A DNA stretch of 62,438 bases, filler included, from 13 parts of 13 records of this genome joined end to end with filler, not necessarily neighbours in it, one strand, 5' to 3'. Positions 33,892 through 46,206 are shown, counted from the whole stretch's first letter. Notes: a model not told the origin generated them from the letters alone. Numbers and translations are program-made.

Positions 33892-36800
33892 ATGGGGGAC
33901 GATGCGCAGCATGCGGCGGCTGTCAAGATCCAGAAGATTCACCGCGGAAAGAAGTCGAGCGCCAAGCAGCGCCTGATCACGGTGCTGATGGAAGCCGACG
34001 AGGCTCTGGGCACGCCAGAGGACCGGATCGCGCTGACAGAATTGAGCATGAAGGAGCTGAAGGAACAGGCACGGGATGCAGGAGTGTCTCAGAAGGACAT
34101 CCACAAGGCCACTGGGGCGAAGGCCGCCGCGAAGCAGCGGCTGCTGAACAGCAAAAAGGCGAAGGAGCTGCAGGAGGAACTGTACGAATCGATGGTCAAC
34201 GACGCAAGCATGTTCATGGAGAACAAGCAAAAGGCTATCCAGATCTGCACAGAGGGGAAGCGAGAGAAGGGCTCGCTGCCGAAGGACGCGACCACCTTAT
34301 CGGCCAAGAAGAAAAAGCAGCTGTACAACGAGCTGATGCCGCTATCTGTCAAGCACATCAAGGCAAAGGGAAAGCGTGTCTTCGACACAAGCAAGTACGG
34401 GAAGCTGGGCAAGGAGGCCTTGGACGACCTGAAGGACCTGCCGGACCACCAGGGCGTCTACGTGGAGAAGGATCGCGATTGCACTGACGCCTGGTGCTGC
34501 CTTATATTTGCGGCCTATTGGATCGGTTTATGCTACCTCATTTGGTTCGCGGTTGAATATGGAAAGATCCAACGCTTGATTCGCCCCCGCGATATGTGGG
34601 GCAACACCTGTGGGATGGAAAACCAAGACGCTGATCTCACCAAGTATCCACAGCTCTACCTTCCCAATCCAGCGGATGAGACGATGCAAATCTGCTCGCA
34701 GGGCTGCCCAGGAAGCTCCACGGGCACGTGCGTTGGTGACACCGCTTTGCCGTACCATGAAGTCGTAGACAACGAGCGCAAAGCTGCTTGGGATCGGACG
34801 CAAAGAGCCAAAGCTGCAGTTGGTGCTGCTGTTGACCCCACAGCCGGAACGCTCCCGTGGTACAAGGCAGAGTCGAACTGCGTACTCGCTGGCGACTGCA
34901 GAAACGGTATAGATCCTGGAGTTTTCAAGGATGTAGCCGTAGATCAGTGTGTCAAGTACGGCAGCTGCACAAACACGACATCAGGCCTTGCCATCGATCC
35001 GCCTGGTACGCAGGAGTACTGGCTTTCCAGCCAACGGCTCAGCTGCGAAGGACCGAGCGGTAATGAGACCGGGTACTACTTCGCGCAGTTCGAGTGGACG
35101 CCCTACACATGGTCATTCGACGACACTGGCGGTGATCTCTTCATATGCAGGCCGAAGGAAGGGTGTGATGACGCCGCATGCGAACACCCAGACTACCCCC
35201 CCGTGGATTTCGTTACGGCAACCAGACAGCGCTGGGTGTCGCAAAGCGGTCCGTGTTGGATGCCCGTCTTCGAGAGTAACGAGTACCTGTACCGCTGCGT
35301 CCCGACTCTACTCTCAGATCAGATCAGCACAGGCCAAGCAGAAGGACAGGCGTCCGTGCAGTACATGAAAGACCTGCAAGACTATTATCAGATCATCCCG
35401 TTCGGCGCAACGCTCGCTCTTGTGACAGCGTTCGCGTGGATAATTTTCCTTGGCAAGTTCGCCTACTATCTCATTATTGGTACCTGCATTGGCGTTGAGA
35501 TCATCCTACCAATCATCTCTGCCGTTTGCTTCTACAAGCTGGGCGCCATTCCGACTCGTGCGTGCGTGGCGCGGTTGACCACCGCCGGGACGAAGACAGT
35601 GGCCGCGTGCTTGGCTGCGGACATTAGTGCAAACCCGGAGGATATATACTTCGAAGGCGAAGCGCTTGAAAACTGTGAGAGTATCGGAAAGCCTGTGGGA
35701 ATAGATGCACCTGCAGACGCGCTCGGCGACTGTGTGTACACGCCCGGATTGTACTTCGAGATCCCCCCGGAGGTACAACAAGCCATGGACGAAGCCAACA
35801 CCACAGATGAGTACACGCTATACGTGGCGTATGGCAGTCTAATTGCTTGGGCTGTGCTGGGCATAATATTCTGCGTTTTCAAGCAGCGTATCCTAATCAG
35901 CATTGGTGTCATTGAGGAGGCGTCTGACGCATTTCTCGACGTTCCCTTCGCAGTTTTCCTGCCGCTTGGGGTGCTGGCGGCTTCTCTGCCTGTGTCAGCA
36001 TTCTGTTGCTTCGCGTGCTTTCTCTTGTTATCCCTGCGCCGGCTCATGGAAGATGGAAGCTTGGCACTGTGCTTGTCGGACGACCCTAGTATTCCACTTG
36101 CTGATGTCGAAATGCAGTACAACCCCGACTGTAGCGCCCCACCCACCGTTCTCCAAGGAATGTTCTTTGCACAGGTGCGCCTGCTCAACCGTGGATGATG
36201 CATAAGCAGCTCATCGAGACTCGCTCACAGGTTCTTGTTGCGTTACATGTTGCAAATTACGCAGGTCTTTGGTTGGCTGTGGACTGTACAGTGGTTCCTG
36301 TCGATTCAATACACCGGTGTTGCGGGTGCCATCTCGAACTGGTACTTCACTAAGGAGGACGAAGAGACGAACGAGAAGAAAATTAGCTCAGTCATGCTCT
36401 CCTTCAGCATGTGGCGCACTGTGCGTTATCACTCAGGGACAATGGCCCTCGGTTCCTTCGTCATCGCTGTTGTCATTTGCATCAAGTTCGTGGCCCTGTA
36501 CGCCGTCAACCAGCTGCAAGCGCAGGCGAGCGAAAACAAGGCAGTCCAGTTTGCTCTTAAGGCTCTGAAGTACATCATCCTCTGCGTCGAGAAGTTCATT
36601 CGATTCATGGGCCATCTGGCGTATATCGAGGTTGCGATCTGGGGCAAGACATTTTGCGGTGGCCTACTCACGGCAGTAAAATTGCTGGCGAAGAACGTCG
36701 TGCGATTCTCTTTTGTAACGTTATTTTCCAAGCTCGTGCTGATCTTGGGCAAGCTTCTGATTGTCGTGAGCGCCCTCGGGGTTTCATACGTGCTGCTTCC

Positions 36801-37462
36801 TTACTTCAAGACAGGAGCTATCTCCGCCGACGGCGTCAACCTAGATACACCAGCCATACCAGGGTCTGGCGATGATGCCATACCGATACTACCTCTCTTC
36901 CTCGTCGGATTTTTTTCGCTCACGATCAGCATCAACGTTATGGGCATCTACGAAACAGCTATCGACACGATAATGGTGTCATTCCTCGAGGACGAGATGG
37001 AAAACAATGGCGGCATTTTCGGCAGCGGACCGCTCAAGTCCTTCATGAAAGGCACAAAGTCAGTCTCCGTGGCGGCTGAACAGTACGCCAAAGCAATGAT
37101 GGATGCAAAGAATGACAAGGTCCGCAGCAAATATGAAATGGAGTCCGAGCTCAAGAATTCCGATCTGACACCGGTAGGTACACAGCAGCCTGCATACACT
37201 AACGGCACGCATCTGCACGAGCTGCTATATGAAGCGTTAGAGTACCGAGCATGCTTAACAAATTTCGACATGTGTGTATGGCGTGTAACTGATGCAGGGC
37301 GGCGGGCACGACAAGCTCAAGAAGGAGCGTCTAGAAAGTCGCAAGAAGAAAAATCAGAACTCGAAGAAGAAGATAGCAGATATGTCGAAGGAGGAGAAGA
37401 AGGCTCACAAGAAGAAGCAGCGCAAGAACATGACGGAATCGGAAGGCAAGGGTCTCAACTAG
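33892..37462 (+). CDS. Choline transporter-like (CTL/SLC44) protein with an N-terminal IQ motif
   Basis: RDCTDAWCCLIF, RLIRPRDMWGNTCG, RYHSGTMALGSF, CVEKFIRF..AYIEVAIWGKTFC, AIDTIMVSFLED; introns 36175-36264 and 37174-37297. Confidence 0.92.
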
Positions 37463-37607
37463 TCACTGCACTTGCGACGTGGGGATACAGTACCAATGTT
37501 TCCATCGTACGGCCAGGCGGTGTGAGATGCTCGCGGGGCCAGAACGAACACTGCACGAGCAATGGATCCTATATTTGCATCCACGCGAACTCAAGTACGT
37601 GCCCTGG

Positions 37608-38249
37608 TCATTCCGACTTGCTGAAACCCAATGATGACAGCGATGAGGGAAGGCCTCGAAGCGCAACCCACTCACCGTCATCTTCCGGAGCTTCGGCACT
37701 GACTAGCTCAGTGGGCAGCGCCTGCGGGGCCTGAGTTGGCTCTACGTCCACCGCTCGGCATGCGGCGTGCCCTCGTGGATGCAGCCACCCGCACTCGTGG
37801 TCCATCCATGCGTTTCCCGACGGTCTCTTCGGAGCTACCGACTGAGTGCGCGCAGTTAAAGTTGCCAGCTCTTCCGTAAGCTTTTTCATCAAGAACGCAG
37901 GCGGAGGTCTGGTGTCTGTTGGGCTCTGCTGCTCCCGCCGCTGCTGATGCGAGCAGCCGACCGCGTTAAGCAGCGCTGCTACGGAGCGCTGCAGTTCCTC
38001 AGCACGCTGCAGCTCGTCCGCTGCCTGTGCACTCCACAGTTGCTCTGCCGCGCCGTCTGCTGGTGCTGCGTCACTCTGAGTTTCATCTCCAGAGTCGGGA
38101 GGTGACTGGTCAGTGTTGCCCTCGATAATGTTCTGCCCACGCTCGCTTCGTTTCTGGTCTGCCACAGCACCCGGCGAATTCCGCTCTGGATGTTGCTCGT
38201 GCTCAGCTTCAGGCGTAGCCGCGGGCTCGGGCTCGGGCTCGGGCTCGGG
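37608..38249 (-). CDS. Hypothetical protein fragment with a (PE)n tract (5'-truncated)
   Basis: Open frame from the contig edge, starting in a (GGGCTC)n repeat at 38223-38249 that encodes PEPEP; no recognisable domain. Confidence 0.45.
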   Translation of the reverse strand, partial: PEPEPEPEPAATPEAEHEQHPERNSPGAVADQKRSERGQNIIEGNTDQSPPDSGDETQSDAAPADGAAEQLWSAQAADELQRAEELQRSVAALLNAVGCSHQQRREQQSPTDTRPPPAFLMKKLTEELATLTARTQSVAPKRPSGNAWMDHECGWLHPRGHAACRAVDVEPTQAPQALPTELVSAEAPEDDGEWVALRGLPSSLSSLGFSKSE

Positions 38250-38349
38250 NNNNNNNNNNNNNNNNNNNNNNNNNNNNNNNNNNNNNNNNNNNNTTAATTA
38301 ATTAANNNNNNNNNNNNNNNNNNNNNNNNNNNNNNNNNNNNNNNNNNNN
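38250..38349. other. Artificial contig spacer
   Basis: N44-TTAATTAATTAA-N44. Confidence 0.99.
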
Positions 38350-38966
38350 GACGACGACGACGACGACGAGGACGACGACCGGGACTACACCTACAAGGAA
38401 CTGCTTGACCGTGTGTTCAGCAAGATCTTGAAGGATCGGCCGGAGCTGCAGGACAAGAAGCGCACGAAGATGAAGCCACCGCAGGTCGCTCCGTACGGCT
38501 CTCGCAAAACGATCTTCGTCAACTTCGTCGAGATCTGCTCGACGATGCACCGCGAGCCGGACCACTGCCTGTCCTACCTGCTGGCCGAGCTCGGTACCTC
38601 TGGATCCATCGACGGCCAGTCGCGGTTAGTTCTGAAGGGTCGCTTCACGCCGAAGGGTGTTGAGAACAACGTCCGCAGATACATCTCGGAGTACGTTACG
38701 TGCAAGATGTGCCGTAAGTCACGCACTGCTCGAAAGGCCGCCGCCCGCGCCAAGTGCTCCGCGACGCCCTCCACGACCCCTTAAAATTCGCCCTGCGTGT
38801 TGTGCTCGTGATGTGGATAGGCTCGGCCGATACGATCTTGACACGCGACCAGTCCACGCGTCTGTACTTCATGGAGTGCCAGTCCTGTGCGTCGAAGCGG
38901 ACCGTGCCGCCGATCAAGATGGGTTTCCAAGCACAGATTGGCAAGCGAAGGGCCATGAAGGGCTAA
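38350..38966 (+). CDS. EIF2S2: Translation initiation factor eIF2 beta (5'-truncated)
   Basis: DYTYKELLDRVF, PPQV..GSRKTIFVNF, YLLAELGTSGSIDG, LKGRF, zinc ribbon CKMC..CQSC; intron 38714-38820. Confidence 0.95.
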
Positions 38967-39241
38967 ATGTGAAGCCAATCGGCTCGATTGCATGGCTGCA
39001 GTGCGCGCTACGCTCAGTGCGGTCCAATCTGACCGCCGCTCGTACCAAGCCCATCGGACACGGTGGATGGTGGCGCAGCGCAGTACGGGCGCGTTAATAT
39101 CAGGCCGCCGGGTGGATTGCATCTTCAATCTCGCACGCACCTTGACTCACGCACAAATAGACTCGCGGTGCGCGCGCAAGCTCATATATTCGGTGTGCAC
39201 TATACTGCACAACCTCACAGTAGCTACAGCCGCAACTGACC

Positions 39242-42200
39242 TCAGTAGGCGATGCTCTTCCGAATCGCATCCACCAGTCGCGCCGGGCCCGGAACAGCGA
39301 ACTCGTCCCACGCGTACGGCCAGTGCGTGTCAAACCCAACCACACGCTGCGTCGGCGCCTCTAGCGATAAGAAACAGCGCTCCTCCACCTTCGCCGCAAT
39401 CTCTGCTCCGAAGCCGCCAGTGGAACATGCCTCGTGCGTCACCACCAAGCGTCCCGTCTTCGCAACCGATGCTGTTACTGTGTCAACATCCCTGCAGTGC
39501 GGGCAGCAGAGAAGTTCATTTCCGGAAACCAGTCCTCGTGTTCAAGTTCTTGAGCAGTTGTGTATGCCTGACTTACCAGGGAACGATGGTCTGCAGGTCG
39601 ATGATCTCACAGCTCACGCCGTCCTCCCTTTGCATGCGATCGGCTGCCTCTTCCATCCGAGCCACCTGGATACCCCAGCCTACAAGGGTGATGTCCTCAC
39701 CGGTGCGCGTTACGCGCCTGCGGTTCCGAACAGCAGGACAGGCAGACACGCGGGGCAAGCAGGCGGTAAGTTCCGAGCAGAAAGATTTCCAACAACAACT
39801 TAGATGCAGCCGCAGCGGCAGCAGCACATGGCAGCGTCAGCGAGAGCTGTCGACGCACGCCTGTCCGATAGGCAACTCGTAGTCACCAACCGGTACTTCC
39901 CCTTCTGAGTTGCGGTAGAGCATTTTGGGCTCAAAGAAAAGCACAGGGTCTGGATCACGAATCGCCGCCAGAAGCAGCCCCTTCGCTTCCGCCGGTCCGG
40001 ACGGGATAACGATCTTGAGTCCAGGACAGTGTGCAAAGTAGGACTCTACAGACTGCGAGTGGTACATACTACCGTGACCAACGGAGCTACAAGGTGCACG
40101 GATCGTGATCGGGCCCTGCCACACGACACAGGACATCATAAAATCAACATCCCGCAATCTGCCCTCATTCTAATCATTCGCTGCAGCATTGCATCCATTG
40201 GAATGGAGATACTCAGTGAGAGGAGGTTAGTACCGCGGAGATTGCGCCACCGGTGCGGTACCGGTACTTTGCCAGCTCGTTCACAATCTGGTCAAATGCC
40301 GGGAAAATGTAGTCTGCGAATTGCATCTCTGCGATGGGTGTGTAGCCCGTCACACCAAGGCCGATCGCAAATCCAGCGATAGCCTGCTCTGCAACGGGTG
40401 CGTTGAACACACGGTCCTTCCCGTGCTTGTCTTGCAAGCCTTCGGAACAGCGGAAGACGCCGCCGAACCCAACATCCTCGCCTGGGCAGCCGGGCAATCG
40501 CCACAACAGAGCGTTGCTCATTTGAATCATTTCGACCACTGTTTCGTTCAAGTGAGCTTACAGACTGTGAGTGTATTCTGCGAGACAACGCACCGAAGAG
40601 TAGCGCTTTCTTGTCAGACGCCAGAGCAATGTCCATCGCTGAGTTGATCGCTTGGTACATATTCTGCTGCGTCGTTGGCCCAAACGAGGACCAGTCCACC
40701 GGTGCAGTCACACCCAGTGCGAGGGCAGGGGAGGAGGTTGGCGCCTCCAGTGTCTCGGCCGGGATTGGCCCAGTAGCGCCACGATATTTCTCTAGATTAT
40801 AGTCGTCAGCGTACTCCCTCATATGTGTCTCCAGCATCGCACGCTGCTCTTTCAGGTGCCACGGCATCTCTGCAAAAGTATCTGTGAAAAGATTGACGAC
40901 TGGGCCCTTCATCTTTGCCTGCCAGCCACAAATCCCCAGGCCAGTGTCAGCGCCAACGGAGAGACACACGGCACACGGGAGTGCTAGATGGAGCGGGACC
41001 AGACTCACCTCGCCAGTCGCTATAGCTGCGAGCATCTCCTTGCGTGCTGCCTTTTGGGCTTGCTTGTCTAGCTCGTCGTCCCAACGACCTTCACGCTCGA
41101 GCAATGCCCGGAGCCGCAGCATCGGCGCGGCTGGCTCCCAGCGTTCCTGTTCGCCCTCCTACACAAGTACACAGGCGCGGTCAGCAGGTAGGAGAGGGCA
41201 GACACGACAGCTGCACAGATGGGTCTGAACCAAGCACGGAAGCAGGTGCATCGACCTACCGGGCGGTAAAGCGAGGAGTCGTCGCTCGTGGTGTGGTGAG
41301 ATAATCTGTATGTCATGAGCTCGATGAGCACGGGCGTCTTCTCGCGCACTGCGAGCTCCCTCGCAGCTTTCGTCGCGTTGAACACTGCAACCACATCGTT
41401 GCCGTCCACGCGGATCGACGGGATGCCGAAGGCGGGGCCGCGAGCCGCGATGCCGTCACCACCGTACTGGTCGCTCACAGGGGTAGATATGGAGTAGCCG
41501 TTGTTGCGGCAGATGAAGAGTGTCTGTGATTTGTAGACTGACGCGAAGTTCAGCGCGGTCAGGGCGTCGCCCTCTGAGGCGGCGCCGTCGCCGAAGTACG
41601 CCACAGAGACCTTGTCTTGCCCCTCCAGCCGGTAGCCGTAGCCTGCGCCGGGAGCCTGGCAGATTTGTGTGCCGAGGATGGCATGCACCGTCTGCACGTT
41701 CGCGTCCGGCAGGCAGTAGTGCACCTGCAGGTTCCTCCCTTTGCCGACGTCGTCCTCGTTACCGATGTTCTGGTCCACGATCTGCTGCGGCGTGAGCCCG
41801 CGCCACAGGAACATGCCGAGCTCGCGGTAGTGCGGCCACACCATGTCGTCACTACTCAGGGCCGCGGCCGACCCTACCGCGGTTGCCTCCTCTCCAAAGT
41901 TGGAGCAGTAGAACGAGATCCGCCCCTGGCGCTGCAGCTCCATGAGGATCGTGTCGTATACGGTCGACTGGACCATCGTCCGGTACATCTCGACGGCAGT
42001 GTCCAGCGAGAAGGGGAGCTCGATTCCCTCCACCAGCGAGCCGTCCCTGTTCAGCTGCTGAAGCACCTCGAACTCGCCGACGCTGTCTTTGAACGTCGCC
42101 GCCGACGTGAAGCGCGTCGACGCGATCCCGTTGAACAGCTGCCCGCCCTCCTCTGGCTGCTGCGCCTGGGGGCTGCTGGCGGAGTGGCCGTGGCGGAATT

Positions 42201-42330
42201 GGATCATCGGTCTCCTGGCCGCCGAAGACGCTGGGCGACAGAACGCGCCGCAGGCCCGCGCCGACATACCGGCCGCGTGCCGTGCGCGAACCAGGATCCG
42301 CCGTGGTCCGGCAGCCGCCAGAGCCACCAT
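39242..42330 (-). CDS. Branched-chain 2-oxoacid dehydrogenase E1, alpha-beta fusion, multi-exon
   Basis: Alpha: [38 protein letters not shown]. Beta: [56 protein letters not shown]. The alpha C-terminus and beta N-terminus lie in one open frame (ORF 40292-41122); Arg/Ala-rich presequence. Confidence 0.9.
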
Positions 42331-42734
42331 CCAGCACGCGCAAGCCGCGTGTGGGAAACTGCAGGCTGGCTACGCTGTTGTTGTTGCCGCTACCGCAAGG
42401 CAGTTGCTGCTTCGCTCGCTGATTATGGGTGCACCTTGATCATCTGCGAGGTGAAGGCGATCGTGGTGAGCCAGAAAGGGGCACCGTCAGTCATGAAAAG
42501 CGACCGGGGCATTCTCGAGACAGAGAGAAAGTGGCCGGATCGGAGCCGCAGGACCTCGCTGGGAGACAGATAGCCAGACGGACGTAGCCCCCCTCACGCA
42601 CCCACCCACGTACCCCCACACGCGCACAACCAGAGAGAGACAGGGGCGGGCAAGCTTGCAGGCTGTCTACGCGACGGAGCCCGCGGAACAGCGAGCCATT
42701 CTCGGAACACTCTCATCGACAGCAGCCTGGCTGG

Positions 42735-42764
42735 GCGCACCGCCAGCGCACCGCCAGCGCACCG
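42735..42764. repeat. 11-bp tandem repeat GCGCACCGCCA at contig end
   Basis: About 2.7 copies. Confidence 0.8.
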
Positions 42765-42864
42765 NNNNNNNNNNNNNNNNNNNNNNNNNNNNNNNNNNNN
42801 NNNNNNNNTTAATTAATTAANNNNNNNNNNNNNNNNNNNNNNNNNNNNNNNNNNNNNNNNNNNN
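42765..42864. other. Artificial contig spacer
   Basis: N44-TTAATTAATTAA-N44. Confidence 0.99.
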
Positions 42865-43118
42865 TGTGGACTCAATACATACCATTTACACACATGGAGC
42901 TCGCCTACCTGCTCCTGGAGGTCTTCAACGGTCTAACCGTTCTCGCTGCTGTTTGCAGGCCCAGGCGCGCTCCGGACAGCCAGAACACAGGTTTACCGGC
43001 GCTGCGGCCAACTCTGCCGGTCACCACGAATACGCATACATGATATAAACTCGCATTATAATTCAGTCGTACATGTTTCAATGAGTCAATAATGCCACTC
43101 TCTTCAACCTGGGCACTG
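42865..43118. mobile_element. Putative end of a non-autonomous element with nested inverted repeats
   Basis: Ends in TCAACCTGGGCACTG (same as 18386-18400); stems 42896-42906/42963-42973, 42908-42912/42955-42959, 42927-42932/42936-42941 and 42995-43000/43016-43021. Confidence 0.45.
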
Positions 43119-43295
43119 GGGGACAGAAATTACCCTCTCGTCCGTGCTGCGCGCCCGCCGCGCCGCGCCGCGCCGCGGCGGGGATCGCGATCGCATCGCG
43201 GACCGACGCGCGCTCGCGCGCGGGGGACGGACCCGCGCGCGCGTGGACGACGACGCGGGGGCCGCCGGGCGCGAGCTGCGGGCCCCGCCGTGGCG

Positions 43296-45992
43296 ATGCC
43301 AGTGGTAGAGCTCGCGCTACTAGTAGAGGTTGTGCTAGCCACGGCAACGCTGACGTCAGCTGGCGAGGCTGCAGCCGCATCTTCTTCTCCGCCGATCCCG
43401 CGCCTCACAGCCACTGCCCAGGATTTCAAGCGTACAGGCTGGCCGTTTGCTGGAGCATACTTGTCCAATGGTTTCACGGGTGTGCGTGTCGGCCCTCTCG
43501 CACTGGTGCGCGATCCCTGGGCGGGAGGCATCGGACCTGGAGACCGCCCACCACCAATAGAAAGCACGCTAGTAGGTGGCTATCTGGAGCTGGAACATGA
43601 GGTGAAGGGTGCGCCAACGCCACCGACGCAGAGCGACGGCATGAATACTTACGCCGCCGCGCCGTTTCCGTTCGAGACAGAAGTTGTCGTGATGCCACCA
43701 GGTGGCGGGCCCATCTTTCGATTAAGCGAGGCCTCACCACCACGTCCCTCTAGCCGCATGTCGCAGAGCTCCTTTCACGGCTCCAACATGTCGTCGTATG
43801 TTACTTGTCTCAACCAGACGCTAGATATGGCCACTGGCGAGCTCACCACTCACATTCGCATTGCTCCGCCTTCGGGAAGCAGCTGGTCGCTCGACCTCTC
43901 GGTGCTGCAGTTCCTGTCTCGCGATATCCCGTCACTTGGTGTGCAGCAGATTGTGGCTACCGCAAAACCCTCTTCACTCCACTACGTACTTCAGCCTCAT
44001 ATCACCTCGGATGGCCTCTCAGAAACAGCACACCGTTACTACAACACGATCCCTATCCGCTCGCATTGGGGGGAAGGTCCTGCGTATGGAATCGCGATGC
44101 GAACCAACACCAACAGCGAAGTGGCACTGGGTGTCGAGACGATGTGTGACAACAATACGGTCCCCACTGATTACAAGCTATCGCAGGCGCAGGGTTGTGA
44201 CAGCTCGAATTTGAAAGGCAGGCAGCAGGGCAGTGGAGAGTTATCGATGACTTCGTTCGTCTCGATCGTGTCTGATGTTTATCATGCTCGGCCTTCTGTC
44301 GCCGCGCTAGAGCTTGCGCATAAAGGCATGTATATTGGCTTTGATCGTCTCCAGGCTCGGAATCGTGCAGTCTGGCGAGAGAGCTGGTGCGTAGCCCACA
44401 ACAGCGAGACGGTCATGCAACCTAGTTGAGAGACTGCACTGTGTATCGTGTGGATCAGGCGAGGGCGGGTGGTTATCACTGCTGAGAGCGGAGCTGAACC
44501 TAGCGTGATTGAGCTCGACCAGCAGACCCTCGATGCTGCGTTGTTTTACTTGACCTCGAGTGCACATCCGATGAGTTCACAGGGCATGGGAATATGTGGC
44601 CTTTCGTGCACTGATTACCGCAACATGCAGAGCTGGGACACGGACTGGTTTATGCTGGTGCGCCCAACAGTTGATATCAATTCCTTTGGCAACACTGACT
44701 TGTCTCTACAAATTGAATCTTGTGTACGCACGCGTGTGTGTTGCCTGCAGCACGCCTTGTCTGTTCTGGACAAGGACTCTGCAGCTGCTATCGCTGCTGT
44801 CCGCAAGCGAACACTGCCGGAGGCCCAGAGCTACGCCGCTTTGCTCGGATACCGCGGTGCTCGTACACCCGTTGCGATAGAAGGACGGGACGGCTACTTT
44901 GACTCCTCGACAAATGAAGCATTTGAAATCGGCGCCTGGCAGACAGGCACAACGCCTGTAAGCGTGTGGCGCGTTGCGAATGCCGTCAATGATGCTGTCT
45001 ACTACCGAGAGGTCGCATTTCCCGTACTCAGGGAGGCAGCGACCTTTATCCTCTCTCGTGGGACCTGGCTACGTGGACCGGGCGGTGAAAGGACAGGCGA
45101 ATTCGTGCTAAATGATTGGAGCACAGATTCCGCAACGTGGCACACACTCGATGAGGTGCTGCGGGTGTCCGCGCTCTTCATGCAGGTGTTGAGAGCTGCG
45201 ATTGACTGTACGAAACACCTTCCGGACGGCTACTTTGAGCCACGTGCACGTGATGAGTGGGCGAAGGCAGTCGAGGGGTTCCAGGTTAATCGCTGGGGTG
45301 ACATTCTGCTAGACAATGCTGCAGTGCCTCACTCTGAGAGCGCGATACTGCAGTGCTTCGCCAACCAGAATCAAACCGGACGGCCATGGTGGTGCAACGC
45401 GGCAGATTCATCACTGAATTTTGGCCTCATGCTTGACGGCTGGCTGCATGGCATTGGCTCTGGCGCACCTGACACAATCTTCAACCAGAGTGTATTTAAC
45501 GCGACTGAGCAATTTGATGCGCATCTCAAGGGCGTACTGAACAGGACCTACGGCGTAACACCACCTTGCACGGTCAAGGGCGCGCAGCCTGGGTTAGGCG
45601 AGTACTTTTTCTGTGCGAAACGCGGCGCTTTGCGGGCATATTTTGGCGACCGTGTAGGAGCCCGAATGGTGCTGTCATCGCTCGGCCAAAGCTACATGCT
45701 CCCGCCATTTTTTACTACCACAGAGACGGCAAGCGCGCTCGCAATGTCGACCAACGGACGAGACTATGGGCACTACATGACCAACTGGGGCGCACAGCTT
45801 CAGGCAGTGCTATTTGGGCTAACTGGTTTGCGCGTGACCGACGGGCCACAAGAGAACTGGGTGGTGGGTCTGGCGTCGATGCCGGACGGATGGGCCGGTA
45901 TTTCCGTCGAGCGGCTTTGGCTGCAGGGGCAAGCGTGGAGCATGAGCAGCAAGCACGGCAGCAAGACTGTCTTAACCAAACTTCCATGGTAA
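43296..45992 (+). CDS. Secreted GH65-like glycoside hydrolase (PGGHG/acid trehalase-like)
   Basis: Signal peptide; AYLSNGFTGVRVG, QTLDMATGELTT, WDTDWF, FPVLREAATF..SR, YMTNWGAQLQAVLFGLTGLR; introns 44387-44458 and 44658-44750. Confidence 0.78.
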
Positions 45993-46106
45993 GTTGTTTC
46001 ACTACAGGCTTTTGCCCGACCCGTAATGTAAGGTGATTCGTCATATTTTTCGGAGTTCACACTTGCGAGCTTTGGGGTTGACACCGGTCATAAAGCCTTA
46101 TGACCG
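45990..46106 (+). other. Structured non-coding element, truncated at contig end
   Basis: G-U-rich hairpin 46040-46082 and perfect 9-bp hairpin 46085-46106. Confidence 0.4.
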
Positions 46107-46206
46107 NNNNNNNNNNNNNNNNNNNNNNNNNNNNNNNNNNNNNNNNNNNNTTAATTAATTAANNNNNNNNNNNNNNNNNNNNNNNNNNNNNNNNNNNNNN
46201 NNNNNN
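46107..46206. other. Artificial contig spacer
   Basis: N44-TTAATTAATTAA-N44. Confidence 0.99.

Noticed and set aside
41617-42573. Long antisense ORFs (also 49668-50627, 52574-53515, 47542-48444)
   Set aside because: Shadow frames of GC-rich genes on the opposite strand, with no domain content.
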